Below are positions 1 to 14,109 of a stretch of DNA of 64,000 bases, piece by piece. Location: contig JAQFVV010000007.1 of NCBI GenBank assembly GCA_028023455.1, positions 1,922,001-1,986,000 of the forward strand. Direction: 5' to 3'. Position numbers and translations under genes: made by a program. The DNA is from Epiperipatus broadwayi. Taxonomy: Eukaryota > Animalia > Onychophora. Under the pieces are notes generated by a model. It was not told where the DNA came from. It ran no database searches and saw only the letters and a list, made by a program, of their open reading frames with translations. Position 1 is the stretch's first letter. Each line of letters starts with the position of its first letter.

Positions 1-307
1 GCAACAATAATTCATGAATTTAATTATTTTGGCTTTTATTTTTTAATAAAATCACTTTTACTTAAGATTTATTTCCCTCTTCCTTTTAATTTTAAAATAA
101 TATAACGGCATATGTATACCATTACAATATATATATATATATATATATTGTGCCCTTTTCTTTAGGTCAGAATAAATTCATTGTATCAATTTACTAAAAA
201 AATTTAAATTTAAGGAGTATTCTATTGGTATGATTACTATTTTATGCTGACAATCTTTTTTAAAACTTAATTAAAGTAAAATGAGAATATTTAATGTATA
301 AAACTAT

Positions 308-372
308 GCTAAAAATAGTTAAAACAGTGGTTGGAAAAGCTAAAAATAGTTAAAACAGTGGTTGGAAAAGCT
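308..372. repeat. 31-bp tandem duplication
   Basis: GCTAAAAATAGTTAAAACAGTGGTTGGAAAA at 308-338 and 339-369, followed by GCT. Confidence 0.9.
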
Positions 373-3300
373 GGCCATAATAAAATAATGTATTAATAAG
401 TCTATTAAATAAGTATTAAAAGCTGAATTTTAAAAGCAATAACTTACAATTAAATAAATATTATATTTTACAGTATAAATTATATTTAATAATTGTATTT
501 AAAATTATATGTTTTAAAAGTAGTTTTTGTGGTAGAGAAATGTATATTTAATTTTATAGTATCAACATTATTATTCTAAATTATATTATTATTATTTTTT
601 AATATAATATTTGTTGCAATTGAACATTTATTTTAGTCCCAGACAGCATTGGATACAGGCTATGTCTAAGTTGTAAGTCATGTGACATGTAAACATTTAT
701 ACATGTGCTTACAAATCTTGTTGTTAATAAAGTTTCAAAATTGCTTTAAAATTGCAATATAGAATTGAAAATATTTATTTAACTATCACAAGATACAATA
801 TAAAATTAGATATTATAAATATTTAATTAGGGTTTTAAAATGAATGTAACTAATAAAATTAGATTTTTTTGTTTAGAAAAATAGATACATTAAAAATTAA
901 AGGTGGGATAAAGTAATAAAATATTGTTTTAAAAGTCATTTTAAAATATTTAGTAATCTTTAATAAGGTGTAAAAATTAATTTAGAATTAATATTTTTAA
1001 GTAATATTTTTTAAAAGAATGAGTCATTATTTTATTTTTAATTTTAATTGTGTAATCTCAAAGTTATATGTCAATTAGGCCATCAGGTGAAAGTTTAATC
1101 CACCAATCAAAATATGGATTTATTTGGGTATAAATACAGTTGCTCAATTATTTTCAGTGTGCTTCTGTTAATAAAATCTGCCTTTGATTATTTTAAGTTT
1201 GCTTCTATTAGTTAAGTTTGCTTTCTGTTAATTAAGTTTGTTTTAAATTAGTCAATTCAGTGCTATAACTCTCTAATAATTTATTTTAAAAATAGAAAGT
1301 ATACCAATTGAATCATTTTAACGAAGAGAGTATATTTTAAGAACTATACATTTATTTTATTTAAATATGCGCTGCTGAGAAACTAAAATTCCTTACTAAG
1401 TCAATTTATCAAAATTTAATTTAAAACATCTCATAAGCATGGAAGTACCAAGAAAAAATATCTACCTGATTAAAGGGATGTTAGAAGTAAAAGTTTTAAT
1501 TAAAAATATAATTTTAGTAATTTTAACAGGGAGTAATATTTTATCAGTCAAATTTATATGATGGACATTATATGAGAAGTTGAATGGAAAAATTGATAAG
1601 AAATTAAAAGTAACAATGCATTTTTATTTGGAAAGATAGTTTTATCTGAGACTAAAAAATAATACGGTAAAAGCTTTTAAAAATCTTTCAATAATTTAAA
1701 AATAGATATTTTGAATAAAAGATGCAGAAAATGTTTTTTTTTTGAAGAGAACATTTTTTTTAATAATTTATTTTAAGCTGTCTTTTGAGAAAGGATGGAA
1801 AAATAAAGGCAATTATTAAAATACCATATGTGATAAGTCTTTATTATTTTCAAAGACTGTATATAAGTAATAGTATTATGAAAAAAACTAATAATTGTAA
1901 ACTAATAATGGAAAAAAAATATCCTTGGATAAATAATAAAATATCCTGATAAGAAAATTCTATATACTGACTTTATGTGAGATATTGAAATATTTTAGAA
2001 AATGCACAAGAATTATATCTGGACGCCCAAATTAATATTGCTGTGTCAAAGACACTATGAGCTGGCATAGGATACTAAGGAAGTAATAAAACTTTGAAAA
2101 ATTATTTTAAAAGTTATAAACTGAAATCATCTTCAATAATCACTATTCTGAATAATAGGAACAATAGACTATTATTTTTATAAACTTTTAAGAACAGATT
2201 AGTGATTATTTTTACCAATAATTTCAGATTTTTCAGAAGTCGACTTTCTTTTTCATTTTCCATTTATTTTAATTTCCGTTCATTTTATTTGTGGAATCTA
2301 CTGAGCATGCATCATGTCAAGGTAGAAATTGTCATCGTTAAGTGTTTGAACAATATTATAGCAACAAGTGCTAGTGGTTCAATCACCTACAAGGAGTTGG
2401 TAAAGAAATCTCAAGGAAATAAAAAAATATTTTTTATAAAAAAAGAACATTTATCACTGGAGTTTATGTAGATATGTTTTTGATTTATTTTTACTAACCT
2501 TAATATTAAATTTTTATTTATAATTAGAAATAGGATAGGTACATAAAAAATTAATTACTTACTAATAATATTATAATTTCTATAAAAGATTTAATAATTT
2601 TTTAAAAGTTTTAATATTTTAAGTAGATAGTATTGAATGAGTTATATTATGCAATGTTTTTTATTGATTATGGACCAAGAAGATGTCTAATAAGTGATTA
2701 ACAAGTAGAAATATCACTTGGGTAATAGTTGTAGAATATTAATATTTTTATGATGTATTTTCTTTCTTTCTTTAGATTGTCAAAATATTTTATAATGTTA
2801 ATGAATGAATATATGAATATGTGTGAATACATTCAACACATATAACATTTATAAGAGTTTAATTTTTATTAAAGATATGCATACTTTTATTTCATATTAC
2901 TAGTATAATACAACTTAATAATGAATATAATTATATGATTCTTTCGTAAAGAACTTTAGTATTTCTTAAAATGATTAAAGTACTGATTTATTTATCAATA
3001 ACAGTTATTTGTATTTTGTGCAAAAATTTTAAGAAAGTGAAGTAACCTTTTCTTGTTGAACAGTTTAGATTATTATCTTTATATGTGAATTTATTTGTTA
3101 TTTTAGAATATGTTGTAAGAATTTTTGGTGGTGTATGTTGATAAATCTATAAAGAAATTTTAAAAAGGTAGTGACTTGGAAGTAATTAAAATGAAGCCAA
3201 GGCGATACTTTGAATGTAGGTTTTTTTGTTATGGGAATATGAATAATTTTTATGATCTTAATAATTATGCAGGTACAGATAATGGAGCCCTGTAACTTGT

Positions 3301-4747
3301 ATATTTTCTGTGGGCAGTGTTTTACCTTTGTATTGAATATTGATGTTCCAGAAAGCTGAAGAAATAGCTTGGACATTGTTATTTTAGTCGAGGTTATTAG
3401 ACGGATAAGTCATGCATCTCTTTTTTTATACACTGTTACCATGTGGATGATCTGATATATGTACTATTGAGTTAATACTCTAGTTTATTCCTTATAGCTA
3501 CGCAATCGTGATTTCCAAGTAATACATCGTACAGAATTGTATTTTTTTTTTAATGATAAATAATTTTGGAGTTGAAGGATCATTATTGGAAAAGGATAAT
3601 ATAGGTTTTCTTATGTTGGATGATGATAAAATAAATACAAATTAGATTGAGAATAAAAATTAAATATGGAAAAGAATCATAGAATATTTTCTATATTTTA
3701 GTAAAACTATTTTGTTAAAGTATGTAAATGATAAGTAAAGTTGTTTTGCAAAATTTTAAAAATAATTTTAAGTTTTTTAAACTTATATGTATTGCATATT
3801 TTTAATATATTGTGTATCGAAAGAAAACAGCATAGAATGAAACAAAGTAGTTATATTTTATAGTTATTTTATGTTAAGGAAATACATCAACCCATACATC
3901 TATTTTTATATTAGACTAATACTAAATAAGATGTGTAATAGATTATAATTACATTGTTAATTGAGTCCAATCATTTTATTGAATCGGAATAGATATATGT
4001 TATTCAACAACAGTACTATTGTGATAAGCTATTTTAAATGATTAAGTAATCCTATTGTAGTTTTTTTTTTATGTTTTCATAATTGATGCATACTTCAATG
4101 GAAACATATCATAGTGACAATTAATGACGAATAATATATTTGAAATGTTACATATGTCCATGATTATTCTTAATTATTATTAGAATTCTGGTGAATATCT
4201 AAAATAGATAATTTTTTTTTTTTAAAAGTCGGAGTGAAGACGTAAATGTTTATATTTTATTTTTATTAGTTTATTTTGAGAATAATGAAAATTGTAATGA
4301 TATAAGATTCATTTTGAACTGTAAATATTGTAAATAAGTTAGTTTTATTGTAATAAAATTTGTTAAACTTGTTTTTATAAATTTGTGTGTTGAATCAATT
4401 TCTTTTCACATTGCAAACAGATGATCACAGAGGGTTTGAACCAAAACAATATTTGCACAGCATGAATAAAATTATTATTTGAGAATTATAATATTTTCTT
4501 AAGATAATTTATTTGAGAAATTTTATTTACATTGTCATTATAATCATTATGGTCATAAATTCATTATATAATATTACACAGTTATAATATCCGTTGCCAC
4601 ATATATTTTCAGATTATAAGATTTTTTTACCACAAATTTTATTTAAGATATCATATGAAAGATAAAAGACTATGCTATATTATTTCTTTATTATTATTGT
4701 TGTTGATAAGAATTATAATGGGGTAAGATAGATAAGATTAAATTATA

Positions 4748-4983
<236 letters not shown>

Positions 4984-5799
4984 GTTAGATGTAGTTGAGG
5001 GTGATATTAAATCTCTTATCATGCTTGACTACAGTAATTTTAATTAATTTGAATTAGTTTAAGAACCTGAGATTATTTTAGTTAGATTATTTTGACTAAA
5101 GAGATTAAGATTTATTTATCAGTGTTATTTTAATTAATTAATTAATTATTGTTGAAGTCCTAAAAATGCTATAGATTTATTATTTGAAATAGTAATAGGG
5201 GGATAGTATTCTTATGCCATTGAGGTGATATCCTGTGGGATATTGTCTCAATGTAATTCATATTACCACTTGTATCTCACTTCATAGCTCATGATTTAAT
5301 AAATATTTATTTATTTAGTTTATAAAACCGAACCATATTATTATTTCTTATTAATTAGAGCTAGTTAAACAATTGACATTAACTTAGAATATCTTTATTA
5401 TCGATTATACGCATTTTAGCGGAGCATAACTATTTATTTGAGCTAGACCCATTTTATTATATATTATATTTCCCAGAAGTGAGGGTACAATATATATATA
5501 TATATATATGTCATATTATTATTACTATTTGCGGGATATTCCGTGTAGTGAAAAAGCTAAATGCTGATGTTTCAGTACAATATTAAGTACCTTCCTCAGA
5601 GCGTCCTCTTTCTCAAATCATAAGAATGCATATATATATATATATATAAAAGATTGGAAACTTTATATTATTACAGGCACATGTATAATACATTTACCAT
5701 AAAGTGAGTCATAACATTATCTCTTCTCACTCTATAAATTATTTTGTGTATCAGAATTCCAACAATAATCTTTTAAATGCACAGGTAGTCATTTTGTAA

Positions 5800-7520
5800 G
5801 GCAACATTTGTTTTTCATTAGGTTATTGAGAATATTCTTTCACTGCCTTTCCATTATCTTTTATTCCTTTCTCATTTGTATTTTTACCTGAACCCATAGC
5901 TTTAGTATTCTGACAGTTAATGTATAGCTTTGAGAGAAACTGTTTTTTTTTATTGGTTAGCACATGAAATTGTGTTTCATTATGTTCAGCATTGAAATTC
6001 ATATCCATCCAGTTTTTTTCAAATGTGATTTGTAACACAGCAGAAAAGACTTTCAATGCTATTTGGATTTCCATTATTTGCTTAGAGATTAGACTGGTTA
6101 CTTTCTTCTCTTTCCATAACTTTTGAAAACTATCACTTATCTAAATATTATCTTTATTATGAATTAAAAACAAATGTATGACCTCTAAATGTGTGCTTAG
6201 CTTCATGGTTTATCTATTTTTGTCCATAAAATATATTTCTTTAGTGGTGAGATTGTCTTGCTTTGATCAGATTTGCACTTTTTTCTGCTTTTTTTCAATT
6301 TTTGTACCAATATTTGACTACAATAAATAACTGTGGGTTAGAGCTTTTTAACTTCGATGATGTCAGGATGCCCGTGGTGAAATATTTTTAGTATCTAGTT
6401 CACCTTTGTAGAAGCACTTTTCTACTATCATATAGCTTTTGTTAGTTGACAATTGATTTATATATCAAAAGGCTTTATGAAGAGTTTTTAACTGTCTTTG
6501 GACATGAATGCATTTGTGTATTCACTCTCTGAGAGATGACATAGTAAACTCCAATCCCATAATCAATGCATCATTATTAAAGATACTGCAAAACTATTGT
6601 CAAAATATACTAATAAATTCTTAGACATTGATAATATTTTTATTTTTTGAAAAACATTTCTTTGCAATTCTTTGACAGCCAAACACCATTTTTTTCAAAA
6701 TAAATCATAAAGAGGCATGGCTATTTGAATTTCCTCTTTTGAAATCATTTCAAAATAATTTAGTAAATCTAGGAAAACCTGTAATTCTCTCATTCACATT
6801 TTTCAGTTGCTAAACATTCATATTGCTTTAATCTTTTCTGGATGCCTGAATCTGTAATAATGTGGCCCAGGAAATTAATTTCTTTTGTAATTTTCAGAGC
6901 CCAGTTTAATTTCAAATTTTTAGAGTTCTTCATAAACCTTAATTAGTCTATTTCAGTGATTATTAACCTATACTGTGTATAATTGGTGACATGTTGTCGA
7001 CTTACAGATGGTATTCAAAAAATAAACTATTTTTTGAAAAATTATATTTAAATAATCTTGTTCCTAAATACAGTAAAGTCATAAAATATATCAAACTACA
7101 TGACTTTAGTTACATACTGCCCAAAAATATAAACAAACAAAAGTGTACATCAACAAATAAAAAATGTACTAAAATTTACAAATTTTACATTAGACCAACT
7201 ATTTTTATTTCTGTGAATGTTATGTGCAGTCGCATTAAAAATCATAAAGTAAAACTTCATAAATAAATTTGGTACTTGTGTATTAAACTTGCTACACCTT
7301 TTCACATCCATGATAAATGTCTAAAGTTGTGATCCCATCAAATAAACCCTGCAATCTCATTCAATAATGCACATACAGAAACTTCTGACAAAGTTAAATG
7401 ATAAATGTACATTTTCAAAATTGTAATCAATTTCTGTTTATTAAACATGTCAAAATTTATTGTCCAGACATTGTTAGGTCAAGTGGCCTCAAGTGTTTTG
7501 CAAAGTGATTTTTGCATTTT
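5800..7520 (-). mobile_element. Decayed Gypsy/Ty3 pol fragment (RT, RNase H, integrase zinc-binding region)
   Basis: Minus-strand hand translation gives KEINFLGHIITDSGI..PEKIKAI (about 6815-6880), ELQVFLDLLNY...IAMPLYDL (about 6700-6790) and IFHHGHPDIIEVKKL (about 6345-6390, the H.GHPGI integrase motif). Many stops and frameshifts. Confidence 0.75.
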
Positions 7521-7639
7521 TTTAATTTCTTAATATATTATTTTTGATTTAAAGGAAGTAAGTGAATACATGTAGTTTTCATTTTGATTTACTTCTTTAT
7601 TTTCTGCTTCATACTACATTATTATTATTTTTTGTGATA

Positions 7640-8480
7640 CATTACACAATGATGAAAATCTGGGATGTATCTATGGCTGAGATCAATACAATCCAGCAAT
7701 TTCAAGGGAAAGGAATCCTGTTGCCTGAAAAAGTGTCCCCAAATGGCCATGCTGTGGCCCTTTATATACACACACTTTGGACAAGCAATAGCATTGTAAT
7801 GTTTAAGAATGCAATAATAAAATTGGCCTTTATAAGGGAACATGGTTGGAAGGTTCTAGAATTTTGTTTTTGATGGAAATATGATTCATTTACAGATGGG
7901 CTCACAAATTAACATCCATAAAATGGAGAAAATCAGAGCTTGATTTATCAGACTAAAAAGTGATAATCTGGAACAACTATATGCAGGAAGTTTGTGCCAC
8001 TGTGATGTTAGGGCAAAAAATATATAAAATGGAGGCCCTAACAAAGTCATTGAAATTGATGATAGCCTTTTTACAAAGCAAAAAATTCAAGTCAGATGAA
8101 TACTTCCTAAACAATGCATATTTGGTGGCTTGTGCAGGGAGACCAATGAAAGTTTCATTGTGGATATTGATGGTAATTCTTATGGACCATGAAACAAAGG
8201 TGGAAGAGAGCTCCACAATTTATTCAGATTCTTTGAAAATGTATCACACTTATGAACTATGATCTTCTAGCTATGACTATTTTCATGTGCACCACAAGTA
8301 TAATTTTGTGAATCTAGAAACTCAAAACATTAAAAACCTTTGGGGTTCAGTGAAATGATGTAATAAACAACACCGCGGAATAACATGCCAGCCTCTAGAT
8401 TTTTATTTGATGGAATTTATGTGGCAGAGACTGCATAAAGATGATACCACATTTATTTACATCATGAACAAGATAAAAGA
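7640..8480 (+). mobile_element. Decayed Merlin (IS1016/ISXO2-like DDE) transposase
   Basis: Frameshifted pieces VIWNNYMQEVCA, VIEIDDSLFTK, QCIFGGLCRET, STIYSDS and TQNIKNLWGSVK match Merlin DDE motifs in the expected order. TIRs not identified. Confidence 0.8.
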
Positions 8481-8714
8481 AATCAGTCCACCACATTGAT
8501 TCCATTTAAATTAAAAAATTAGTAATTTTATTTTACATTTTAATAAAAGTGTGCTAATTTAATTTAATTTTTTTTTTAACAAAATACATTTATTTATTAA
8601 CATTTCTTGATCAAGATCCTATGCAGGCATTATATCATAGAAATATGTATTCTTTAAGTCTCTATTTAAAAATATTTAATCCAGGGGTAAGTATTACCTT
8701 TTTTTGTTGCCAAT

Positions 8715-9190
8715 TTAGCTTTAGTGTCCATTTTATAATTTCATGACAGATATAATAGACATAGTATTTTTGTAATTTGAAGTCAATATAGTTTGCTTAT
8801 GTAGTATTTTTTAATTTCATGCCAGACTTTTTTAATATACTGTACATAGTTTTTTTTGATTTGAAGTAAAATTTGAGATTTTCTGGCCATGTGGTAATTT
8901 TGCTTTTCTAGTGTCTCTTTTGTAATTTCATGGCACACTTAGCATTTTTTAATTGTAAGTCAATTTAATTTGCTTATGTAGTATTATTTTTTAATTTCAT
9001 GCCAGATTTAAATATATGTAGTATTTTTTAATTTTAATTAAAATTTTGGAAACTTTTTCTTAATTTTAAGTAAAAATGTTTTAATTTGTGGAATTTCTGG
9101 TTGTGTGTAATTTTGATTTAGTGCCTGATTTGTAATAATTTCATGTTACACTTAATATACTTATTATTTTTTCATTTTAAATAAAATTTT
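8715..9190. repeat. Degenerate minisatellite-like repeat
   Basis: AATTTCATG(N)CA(G/C)A recurs about five times, along with TTTGCTTATGTAGTATT and GAAGT(C/A)AA blocks at irregular 70-140 bp spacing. Confidence 0.55.
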
Positions 9191-9479
9191 GGAATTGGTT
9201 TTCATGTTTGTGACAGAATGGAGGGGGGAAATGGCTGTAATGGCATGAACTATCATAATAGATCACAACTAGCTCTTTTCATTGAAAATTATAATTTGCT
9301 TTTTTTATTATTTTGCATTTTTTAAAAGTTACTTTTTTCAGGTTCACATTAGAACTGCTATATGCTTTTTTCACATACATATCAGTTTTCTGATAACTTT
9401 TCTTAATAATATTTAAAAATAATTAAATACAAATACATCAATTATTTAAACACTGATTATAGTCATAACAAATGTAAAA

Positions 9480-9960
9480 ACAGGAACATTCTTAACAAAT
9501 TCTTTGTAGTTTCTTTTGTGATCACAGCTTTGGAATTCTTTTTCTATTGACTCTTCTGTAGATTTGGGATGGGGCTTTTAAGGTCTTCTTTAGATTTGCC
9601 TTACACACTGTATATGTACCTTCATGTCTGCTTCCTTATGATATCTTTGGCAAACAATAATTAAATGGGGAAAACACACCTTAGCAATAGCATGTTGGGT
9701 AAAGTCATACATTTCAGGTTTTTTTGGGACTCCTTTCTATCTAACTGAACATTGTGTCCTGACTAAGGCACATATATGGAATAATTAACAATGTGTCTCC
9801 AATAATTTTTTGGCAATACTTGATATTGTTTATTTTACAGTGTAGACAAAATCAGTAGCCCATTGATTTTATCAAGAATATGGCTGCAAAAATAAAATCA
9901 GCTGACTGAAATTAGAGCTGTCTTTTTTAGTGCTTAAGGTTTGTTAGCCAGTGATTGACA
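9480..9960 (-). mobile_element. Possible decayed DNA transposase fragment (Sola-like; piggyBac not excluded)
   Basis: Minus-strand SQDTMFS*IER followed by LYPT...SPF and ITKETTKNLL loosely resembles the Sola D..(F/H)..IE C-terminal region. Weak. Confidence 0.3.
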
Positions 9961-11033
9961 TTATATGTATATTTCAAACAGTCTAAGTATAAATGAAGAA
10001 AAATATGGCAATAAAATATTTAATTACTCATTTATAAAAAAAAAAACAAAACATCCATTATCTAAAATGCATTCACCCGGCCTAATCTTATCTCTTTATA
10101 CATTAGTTTAATTAATTAAAATATGTAAATTCCATAAACCAATTGTGTTTCCTTCAATAATTCTCTTGTCCAAAATTTTACCCAGAGAACTAAACATTTC
10201 TTCAATAGTTTTCAAATAACAATGTTTAATGAGAATTAACAAAACCAAACTTAATTGAACTCTTTTTATTCTAACAAAAATTATTTTTTCTTTTTTTTCT
10301 TATTGGATTATCTTAAGCAAGAGAAATATAAGTTAAACAGTAATTTATTTATTCTGACAATTAATTTCATTTCTTTTTAAATTAAACTCTTTTATTGAAG
10401 AAATTTTTTTAAAAAAAGAATCTTATTTATAAATTCAAACTAAAGGCAACTCTTTTTTTCAGCTTTTACCCTTTTATTTTTAAAATCTTTTATTTTCCTT
10501 TTAAAATTATTTTTAAATTTTTTTAAAACAATTTTTTATTGATCTATCGGATTGGTTCATTTCATAGAGTTTTACAATGACTACAGATTGATTTTTTAAT
10601 AGAATGTTAAATCTATTTAACCTACTCTAACTTTTCACTTTATCTATATAGCTCATACTTCAGTGAAAGCTACAATAAAGATATATGATTCCTTGTGTGT
10701 GTGTATATATATATGTGTGTGTGTGTGTGACAAGCTAAAGCAGAACAAATCAAAAAATTAACTCAATTCCTTCAAAAATTAAAGAAACTAAAAAATTCTT
10801 CACACAACCAATAACTTTCCTGCCAAGGTGCAAAAAATTACAAAATATTTCAACATATATATGCTAATTAAATTTTTTCCAATTTGCAATTACATATTTA
10901 ATATTAAAAAATAGCTTTAGCAACATAAAATAGAAAAGATTTTTTAATTTTTTTTTTCATTTCATTTTTTTTTCAATGAAAATAACTTTAGTCTCCATGA
11001 ACATAATATTATGGCTTTTTTTAATGTGTCAAA

Positions 11034-11105
11034 GCGTTGACCGAGAAACGAATCCCGGGACAAATGCTTGTAAGGCGGCTGTGCTAACCACTTGGCCACC
11101 AACGC
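11034..11105 (-). pseudogene. tRNA-Val(TAC)-like retrocopy or tRNA-derived SINE head
   Basis: Minus strand reads GCGTTGG TG GCCAAGTGGTTAGC ACA GCCGC CTTACAA GCATT TGT CCCGGGATTCGTTTCTCGG TCAACGC (72 nt). The acceptor stem pairs, A and B boxes are present and the anticodon loop is CT-TAC-AA, but the anticodon stem has two mismatches. The insert (11019-11110) is flanked by direct repeat ATATTATGGCTTT at 11006-11018 and 11111-11123. Confidence 0.75.
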
Positions 11106-11699
11106 TTGACATATTATGGCTTTATTTTTTTCATGGATATAAGAAGCAGAATTAAGATCTTTCTTTCTAATAATACTTTTATGATTCATTATTTCATTTT
11201 AAACAAACTATTTTGGCTTATATTCACCTTTTAACAAAAACAAAGAATAATATTCAGTGGACCTATGGAATGCATTGCATCTAGCTGCATGATTTGAATT
11301 ATATACTCTCCAAAGACAATTAACAACAAAACCCATTGGAATTCACAATTCACCAGCCATTTTTCCATGTCTAAATCCTGTGTGTGATTATATATATATA
11401 TTCTAACCTAATAAAATAACGAGGACTTCTATTATTACAAAAGAGATTCGGAGCGAATTCACTAAAGAGAATTCGGAAATAAATAAACTCTATATTACCT
11501 AATAATATAGCTTGACGTTTGGTTAGTTATAATAATTCAGCTTCAGTGATATGCAGTTCAGACAGAGATAGAATTAAAAAAATTATCATTAATAAAATAA
11601 ATTTAAAAATAAAATTTAGAATAAACTAACATTCTTTCTCTATCCAAAACACATTCTCTGATTTGTAAGTATTTGCACTGTTCGACAATGATGATGATG

Positions 11700-13100
11700 A
11701 TTTCATGTCATTGTTAATATTACTGACTAAAACAAAACATTCATTAATTTGCCAATATGATCTCAATATTTATTATTATACAATCAGAAGTTTCAATCTC
11801 TTTAGCCATGCCATGCTTGTAATATTGATCATAATGAATCAATTCTTAATTTAAGAGTACTTAGAATAATGACACTAATCTCAGGGTTCTCTGTTATATT
11901 TAATAAAATGCTCGGCAGTATTGTGTTGTCACATATGACTGACATTCTGGTCGGCTATAGGAAACCTTTATCTTATTTAAATTCCATGTGTCTTCATCCA
12001 CATATCAACTATTATAATATTTAACGAGATGATAACTATATTTAATAACAACGCATAATTTTGAATAATACAGCCATTTTATCCAGAATCTCAGTCGGAA
12101 TGATGAAAAGACAAGGGTGCTTTTGTGTCCTTCCATTATCCATGACAACACAATAATTTGACTATGATTTATTACTCAGACACTTCACTTAAAAGTGTAC
12201 TTAACAATGTGCAACCAAAAGCGACTAGTTTGGGAATAAAGTGATTTTACACACATATAAAATAAAATGTCTTGGTCTGAAGTTTTCAATTCCACAAATA
12301 ATTCTGATTAAATTAAAATATAATGAAAAATTCTGATCTGCTTACAATTGTCTATCTGGTGTATTGAATTTAAGATTTCATAAATGATTTTGGACTCAAG
12401 AAAGTATTGCAAGTATTATGCCAATACACTTTTATTTAGCACACAAGAAAAATGACTCAAAACAACTTGTAACAAGATTATAATTTATTATTAAATTCTA
12501 ACAAGATTCTAATTTATTATTATAGTTTAACAAAACTATCCTTTATGATTAACATAATAAACAAACATATACAATTTATTTGATCCCATATGGATAAAAC
12601 AAAATATAACTAACAGTAATTCGTCTATACTTTTAGACCTGGATTCGAACTACTTCTTCATCTTCTTTTTACATTTATGCAAATTGGATACAACTAAAAT
12701 AAATATTATTATCGATACATCAACTCATCCGTTTAGTGTATCTTATATGAACGGTTACTTAACTTTATTAACTAACTATTTGTTTTAAAATACAAATAAT
12801 CTGATTCTAGGCAATGCGTACAAACGATTTTTATTATTATATCTTTAATTAAATGATTGTTTTTATTTAGATAACTTATTATAATTTATGGGTTATTTAT
12901 CAGAAGTTACACTTATTATTTTTAATATTTACCTTAATAACAACTGAAGTTGTTATACACACTGTTTTTCTCAGTATAAGTTATATTGTGAGTGCTACTT
13001 AATCATTAACCCGAATTAAACCTAGTATTTGAACCCTCCATTGGCAAATAAAAATTTATAAAGCACGCAATTTTAAACTTACTCTCTCCATTGACTTACG
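11700..13100 (+). mobile_element. Highly decayed Penelope-like RT/GIY-YIG remnant (cryptic copy a)
   Basis: In one frame MTDILVGY (D at 11941, motif A-like) lies 57 codons before KRQGCFCVLPLS (12112). Compare QGWPMGLPLS in the PLE at 53.5 kb, which has similar spacing. YKLYCEC at 12975 may be the start of the endonuclease. Many stops. Confidence 0.4.
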
Positions 13101-14109
13101 TGTGGATTACCAGCACTATTCCGCCGCACAATCCAGACATTGATCATATATACTAGCAGGCTATTTTTACTAAATGGATCTTGAGGAATTAACCTCCAAT
13201 ATACCCGTTACCTTGCCATAACTTTCTAAACAAAACACAATATTCAACACCTTCCGTGGTGGAATTATCTCTATTTTCTCATGAGGAATATGGAATAACA
13301 CTGAAGGTCTTTAGAGTTAACTACTCTATTAAAATAGTTTGGTGGGTCCTTGCCTCTTACTTGGGCATAATAGGAACGCACACCAAATATAATCCTCTCC
13401 TGGGATTTTAACGAATGAAATACACTAAATACGATATAAATTACTGATCGCCCTAACTCTGAGAAGCGATCACTTGGGTTATAAACCTACCCGAATTCTA
13501 GATTTATCTATTCCCCTCATGGAAAATAAAGCTTTTGGGGAGATCATTTTCCATCCCACAAAATAGATACATTACAATTATTATTTATGCGCATATTAAG
13601 CATATACCGATGCTATATCGGGGCAAGACAAGCAAATACACTAATTATACTAAATTTATGTTCCGGGGTATATTTAGATCAACGTCTGAAATCAATGGAT
13701 ATCACAACATTAACAATAATAATTTTTTTTTACCTTTGCCAAAGAAACATTCAACAAGTAATTGGTAGTATAGTATCTTGAACTAAATTAAGTGAATGCG
13801 TTAATAAAGAATAATTGGGAATAAGTTCCGCAATTAACATAGTATAAATTTGTTTCAAACTTTAAATAAGTATTATCCTGTATAGCACTTCTCTTTAATT
13901 ACTTCTGATAATTTGAACTAGATATTTTACCTATTAAGTATCTGAATTTTTCTTCTTTTACGCATCTAACATATAAATTTATATCCATAATACATATCAT
14001 AAGTAAACACATTTTATAAAAAAAAATTTTTCATGTCGAATATAAATTTAACCTAGAATAATTACATGAAAACATACCTTTCTGATTACAAGGTCATTTA
14101 AATATTACT

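Noticed and set aside
637-2082. Several short AG...GT-bounded segments (637-672, 1079-1127, 1438-1486, 1997-2082) resembling small exons
   Set aside because: Such sites are common in AT-rich DNA, the 1997-2082 segment has stops in all frames, and no recognisable protein results.
5800-6950. Initial reading as a Mutator transposase (HHGHPDI)
   Set aside because: Fuller translation gave FLGHII, PEKIKAI and ELQVFL, which are Gypsy RT motifs; the GHP motif is the integrase zinc-binding region.
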